DNA from: Eledone cirrhosa
Taxonomy: Eukaryota
Reading direction: 5' to 3'
Length of the DNA stretch: 64,000 nt
Assembly: GCA_964016885.1 (NCBI GenBank)
Contig: OZ024749.1
Span: 33,790,001-33,854,000, forward strand
The translations under genes were made by a program, and so were the position numbers. The notes beneath the pieces are model-generated. The model had not been told where the DNA came from. It ran no database searches and saw nothing but the letters and a program-made list of their open reading frames with translations. This document shows positions 57,876 to 64,000 of the stretch, piece by piece; the stretch's first letter is position 1, and the number at the start of each line of letters is the position of its first letter.

Positions 57876-58484
57876 ATGGTGGCTGCCAACTCGTTTTCGA
57901 GTACGGCCACTACTTTATATCCATGTAGGAGAACCCCTACCGATGCGCTGAACGAGTGTGACTTTTTAGTCCAGCCAGCGACTTGAAAACTCTGGTACAA
58001 ACACTACACTTGTGACAATTATTGACACATAGTGCTGGGCCCATGGTACCATGTGATGACAAGTGCAGAGAGATCTCCAGATATAAAGCAATGCCTGTGC
58101 TGTGAAGCTTTTATAGTGAGCAAAGGCACTGCACAAAGCCAGTCCCACTCTCTTAACCAAGATGATATTTACCAAAAAGAAGAACAAGTCAACATCATTG
58201 GATACCATCAGGGTTGCAGGTGTTATATCAGAGTTTTCCTTCTCTTAGAATTCTGCCTTGACAAAGGCTAAGGGGTCATCTCTCCCAGTGATTTTGGATG
58301 GCCATTGACTCTTAAGAGCTCCTTTGCCCTTCGACAGGTTTTGTTTTTAGTCCTGCAGGATGTCCAAAGTCACCCTCCTCACCCAGAAACCTTGGTGGGG
58401 TTGCCAGTTTAGTCGCCAACGACCCGACCATGAGACAGGTTGTACTGGGATACATGTTACCAGTAGCACCAAGTGGTGACCTGA
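57876..58484 (-). mobile_element. Full-length (~610 bp) non-autonomous RTE-derived element
   Basis: 5' part with AGAAGGAAAACTCTGA (RTE 5' UTR-like); 3' part encodes [22 protein letters not shown] (RTE C-terminal C2H2); (TATG)n tail and flank; five copies in the window. Confidence 0.85.
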
Positions 58485-58534
58485 CATACATACATACATA
58501 CATACATACATACATACATACATACATACATACA

Positions 58535-58568
<34 letters not shown>

Positions 58569-59072
58569 CATACATACATTAAAGACATCCTGCAATATTA
58601 AACCATGTATTCTATACAGAAACAACGTGATTTGCAACATAGAGTTATGCCGCTTTCATTCTTACGGGGTCGATAAAATAATGTACCACTAATGCACTGG
58701 GATAATTGCTGGCCTTGTGCCTAAATCAGAAACCCTTATTTTATTGGTAAGAGTTCAAATCATGTTCGAAGTGGTAATATTGTTATAGGAATAAAGTATA
58801 GATAATTCGAAGAATTTAACACAAACGCAACAAAACCGCCCACATTCACATGAAATTGAAAAATGCCTACTGTGTTTATCTAACAAAATAAATACACAGA
58901 CTAAACAAATTATAACTAACTAAATATATATATAAACAGACAAATAAATAAAGAACGGAATAGAAGAATCATCCATACGTGTGTCTAAACATACCATTAT
59001 AAATGTTGTGAAAAGTAAAATGTTGTATAGAATACTCCATGGCTTAATATTGCAGGATTTCCTTCCTTCCTG

Positions 59073-59100
<28 letters not shown>

Positions 59101-59103
<3 letters not shown>

Positions 59104-59510
59104 GTTGGTGCTACTGGTAACATGTATCCCAATACAACCTGTCTCATGGTCGGGTCGTTGGCGACTAAACTGGTAACCCCACCAAGGTTTCTTGGTGAGG
59201 AGGGTGACTTTGGACATCCTGCAGGACTAAAAACAAAACCTGTCAAAGGGCAAAGGAGCCTTTGCTCACTATAAAAGCTTCACGGCACAGGCATTGCTTT
59301 ATATCTGGAGATCTCTCTGCACTTGTCGTCACATGGTACCATGGGTCCAGCACTATGTGTCAATAATTGTCACAAGTGTAGTGTTTGTACCAGAGTTTTC
59401 AAGTCGCTGGCTGGACTAAAAAGTCACACTCGTTCAGCGCATCGGTAGGGGTTCTCCTACATGGATATAAAGTAGTGGCCGTACTCGAAAACGAGTTGGC
59501 AGCCACCATC
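59101..59510 (+). mobile_element. Non-autonomous RTE-derived element with internal deletion
   Basis: GGGCAAAGGAGC joined directly to CTTTGCTCAC near 59260. Confidence 0.85.
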
Positions 59511-59699
59511 TATGTATGTATGTATTTGTACGTTATATATGTATGGATGGATATATATATATGCATGTTTGTATGTTTACATGTATGTACGTATGGTTGG
59601 ATGCATGTACGTATGTCTGTATGTGTATATGTATATGTATTTACACGTAAATATATACATATATGTGTGTGTGTGTGTATGTGTGGTGCGTGTGTGAGT

Positions 59700-59792
59700 G
59701 TATATATGTCTGTGAGTGTATATATATATGTGTGTGTGTGTGTGTATATATATGTGTGTATGTGTGAGAGAGTGTATGTGTTTGAGTGTATT

Positions 59793-59867
<75 letters not shown>

Positions 59868-59966
59868 ATGTGTGTGTGTATGTATAAGAGAGTGTATGTG
59901 TTTGAGTGTATTTGTGTGTATATATATATATGTGTTTGAGTGTATGTATATGTGTTTGAGTGTATT

Positions 59967-60019
<53 letters not shown>

Positions 60020-60064
60020 ATGTGTGTGTGTATGTGTAAGAGAGTGTATGTGTTTGAGTGTATT

Positions 60065-60104
<40 letters not shown>

Positions 60105-60302
60105 AGAGAGTGTATGTGTTTGAGTGTATGTGTTTGAGTGCATTTGTGTGTATATATATATAGATATGTATGTGTTTGAGTGTATGTGTGTGTGTATATA
60201 TATATATGTATATGTGTGAGAGTGTGTATGTGTTTGAGTGTATTTCTGTGTATATATATATATGTGTGTATGTGTGAGAGAGTGTATGTGTTTGAGTGTA
60301 TT

Positions 60303-60341
<39 letters not shown>

Positions 60342-60374
60342 ATGTGTGAGAGAGTGTATGTGTTTGAGTGTATT

Positions 60375-60423
<49 letters not shown>

Positions 60424-60456
60424 ATGTGTGAGAGAGTGTATGTGTTTGAGTGTATT

Positions 60457-60497
<41 letters not shown>

Positions 60498-60540
60498 ATG
60501 TGTGAGAGAGTGTATGTGCTTTAGTGTATGTGTGTGTGTA
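59700..60540. repeat. GT/TA complex minisatellite
   Basis: Recurrent GAGAGTGTATGTGTTTGAGTGTATTTGTG core. Confidence 0.9.
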
Positions 60541-61030
60541 ATGATGGCGTGGTGAGATTTTTATATTGTTGCTTGCAATTATCAGGAATGAGGCTTAAGA
60601 AACCTTTCAAACATTTCTTTCATTCCAAGATTCCAAGATATCGAAGTTGATCCACAGATCATTAAGAAAACGGATAAATACTCACACACAATCATACAAA
60701 CAAACACACACACATACATGCACAGGCAGATGCACACATGGGTGCACATATGCACATAGACAAACACATTTTCGAAAAATGCACATGCTTGCAAACATAC
60801 AAACACATACACTCATACGTGTGTGGAGCAACTAAAATGCAAACATTTACCAAATATATGTATACACATTGACCCAAATATATGTATACATATATACACA
60901 CATGTATATAGATTGCATATGCTTATACATTACGTTAGTGTTTATATTTGTGTTGACTTGTTTTAATGTGAAAAGGTGCATAGCAGACAAAAAATGTGTA
61001 GGTGGCATATATATATATTTCTCTCTCTCT

Positions 61031-61151
<121 letters not shown>

Positions 61152-61159
61152 GTAATATA

Positions 61160-61416
61160 TATCTATATCTATCTAGGGCGGGTAAAATTCCCGAGATCCA
61201 TAGACGAGTTCTCTCCAGCGGTCTCTGTCCCTCATTATCGCTGCCATGTCCTGTGTCTCCAACAGACCAGTGTCTGTCCTTAGGGCATCAACATACGTTG
61301 ACCTTGGTCTTCCTCTTCCAGTGTGTCCATGCAGGAGCTCCCACAGGAGCACTGAGTGCAGTGTCAACTCTGGATGTCGGTGAGCATGTCCAGCTAAACT
61401 CAGTCTCCTCTGTGTC

Positions 61417-61421
<5 letters not shown>
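61160..61421 (-). mobile_element. RTE-like LINE 3' end (same family as 6693-6909)
   Basis: KVTQRRLSLAGHAHRHPEL...EFYPP; microsatellite flanks; tiny stub also at 11550-11588. Confidence 0.85.
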
Positions 61422-61475
<54 letters not shown>

Positions 61476-61877
61476 GTACATATGACTCCACCAATGAGTT
61501 CAAGCCAAGTACCTCCATCCATGCCAATCCCCACGTTGCCCTACCACCAGAAAACGTATAAATACCACCATGGCACATTGACAGTCGGCTTTATTGATGA
61601 TTTCCTTGAAATGAAACAGTTCTAGTTCTATATTAAATATATATATATATATATAACTGTTTCTACTTTAGGCACAAGGCCAGCAATTACCCAGTGCATT
61701 ACTGGTACTTTATTTTATCGACCCCGTAACGATGGCTTGATAATGTCAACCTATGGTCTGAACTTGATCTTTACTTTTCACACTCTGCTATTTGTGAGTG
61801 AACTTCGTGGAGAAAAATATCTCATGTTGATGCGCAGTCTGCAACTGGTGGAGTTTAGCGTCAAAGTAGTAGTATAT

Positions 61878-61981
<104 letters not shown>

Positions 61982-62382
61982 GGGAGTGACATATAAGTAT
62001 CTGTAAGTAAAACTCTGTGAAGCATGATTGCCTCCCGGCCACTGTTTGTACTACGATATATATGTGACACATCTTTAATTGATATTAACCTAAAAAAAAA
62101 GATATAATTTCTTCTGTGAATGTTTAATTTACTCTTTTAATGGAAGTTAACAACGTTAAAGACATAGTGAGATTCTTTAAACAAAAAACCTACTTACAAT
62201 ACATTATTATATAATGATTTGTATCTGTTTGTTCATTTATTTATCGTTTAGTTATTGATTTCATTACTTTATTTTGGAGACATTTTGTTTACTAATTGGC
62301 AATATATATTCATTTGTTACCATTACCTACATTGATTTTCCAATACTTTCTCTTTACATACATACACACATATACATTCACA

Positions 62383-62428
<46 letters not shown>

Positions 62429-62521
62429 TTTATATATATATACACACATATATATATACATATATATATAAACATATATATATACATATATATATAAATA
62501 TATATATATACACATTGTGTT

Positions 62522-62552
<31 letters not shown>

Positions 62553-62611
62553 GTATATGTATATATATTTATATATATATGTATATATATATATGTGTGT
62601 ATATATATATG

Positions 62612-62685
<74 letters not shown>

Positions 62686-62822
62686 TGTGAATGTGTATGT
62701 ATGTATGTATGTATATAGACAGAAAGTATTGAAAATCAATGTAGGTAATGGTAATATATATATATCTATATGTATATATAGATATCTCTCTTTCTCTCTC
62801 TCTCTCTATATATATATATATA

Positions 62823-62864
<42 letters not shown>

Positions 62865-62910
62865 TATATATATACATATATATATGTATATACATATATA
62901 TATATATGTG

Positions 62911-62987
<77 letters not shown>

Positions 62988-63212
62988 ATGTATATTGGGA
63001 TTTTAGTCTTCAAATTTATTATTATTACTATAAATATATACCTGCCTCTTTGAGGTAAAATACCAACCCTACTACCATCTACAAACTGACCAATGAGAAT
63101 CAAGACTATTCCTGCTGACAACATTACATCATTCCTAACAAGCTCATATGTCCCAAGGCTCTGATACCATCAACACTATAAACACAGAGCTAGCATATCT
63201 AAGAACTGACTA

Positions 63213-63268
63213 ACTGCCTGATGAGGTCATAGCCATTCAATGGCTATCATCGAAATATATATAGCAGT
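63213..63268 (+). ncRNA. Type I minimal hammerhead ribozyme, family H11
   Basis: ACTGC-CTGATGA-GGTCATAGCCA TTCAA TGGCTATCATC-GAAA-TATATA-TA-GCAGT, followed by AATAAA. Confidence 0.82.
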
Positions 63269-63311
63269 AAATAAAGGATTATGAGTTCATGCAATTGACT
63301 TGTTTCGTCAC

Positions 63312-63363
<52 letters not shown>

Positions 63364-63366
<3 letters not shown>

Positions 63367-63767
63367 CTTTCTCTCCGGCCAACAACTGATTCTTTTTTTC
63401 AAATACCACTTTGGAAGAAGAATCAGGATGGAGAGAGAGGTGCTGTACCCCAGCAAGTTTTATGAAAGGTGGGTGAAAGTGGCGAGAATGGCCCGAGTGA
63501 ATGGGCCTTCTCTCTATATCAGCCTGTAGATTGAGGAAAAGGAGGAGGAGAGGAAAGGAGTACAAGCTCTTCGTACTCCTGGAGATGAGGGTTGCACATT
63601 TTTTTCGGGGGTATGTGTTACCCATATAAACTGTCTCCCTCTATTGGGGAAAATCGACTAACTTTTAAATTCCATCTGTGATAACATTTTACACGTTTTT
63701 ATTGTATGTAAACTTCCCCCTTTGCATTTGTCCCCTTCTTTTGTGCCCCTGTGGCTAATAAAGAAAT
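63364..63767 (+). mobile_element. Tx1/L1-like LINE 3' end inserted in (TATC)n
   Basis: QLILFFKYHF.RRIRMERE.L....F.ERWVKVA..* then 3' UTR ending AATAAAGAAA; (TATC)n on both sides. Confidence 0.6.
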
Positions 63768-63768
63768 A

Positions 63769-63819
<51 letters not shown>

Positions 63820-64000
63820 ATATCAGAATTAGCCGTCGAAACGGCTTGAGCTCAGCTGTCGGGGTCTTACTGGTTCCTATATATATATATATATATATGT
63901 GTATGTATATATGTATATCTGTATGTTTCTATCTATATACCTGTCTATTATCAATGTATGAATATATGTCTATATGTTTATATGTATGTATGTATGTATG

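Overview
AT-rich, microsatellite-saturated eukaryotic DNA with no recognisable host-gene exon. The SINE families and repeat landscape point to a cephalopod (Octopus-type) genome; this is an inference from pattern recognition. The only intact long ORF (24379-27888, 1169 aa) belongs to an apparently full-length R4/Dong-type non-LTR retrotransposon (Myb-like N-terminus, RT, CCHC knuckle, PD-(D/E)xK endonuclease) sitting in a (CATA)n tract. Other elements: truncated RTE, CR1, CRE and Tx1 LINE pieces, two tRNA-derived SINE families, hAT and Tc1/mariner MITEs (one carries a 29-copy telomere-like 20-bp minisatellite), and a ~610-bp non-autonomous RTE derivative. The most striking hidden signal is non-coding. 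Many of the short sequence islands inside (TA)n tracts carry type I minimal hammerhead-ribozyme folds (helix I-CUGANGA-helix II-GAAA-helix III-UH-helix I), in roughly ten unrelated sequence families. Many are arranged as long fold-back inverted repeats, some with their axis on ribozyme helix II. This matches the termini of Penelope-like elements that insert into (TA)n. Almost all short ORFs in the supplied track are microsatellite artefacts. All folds were read by eye, not computed.
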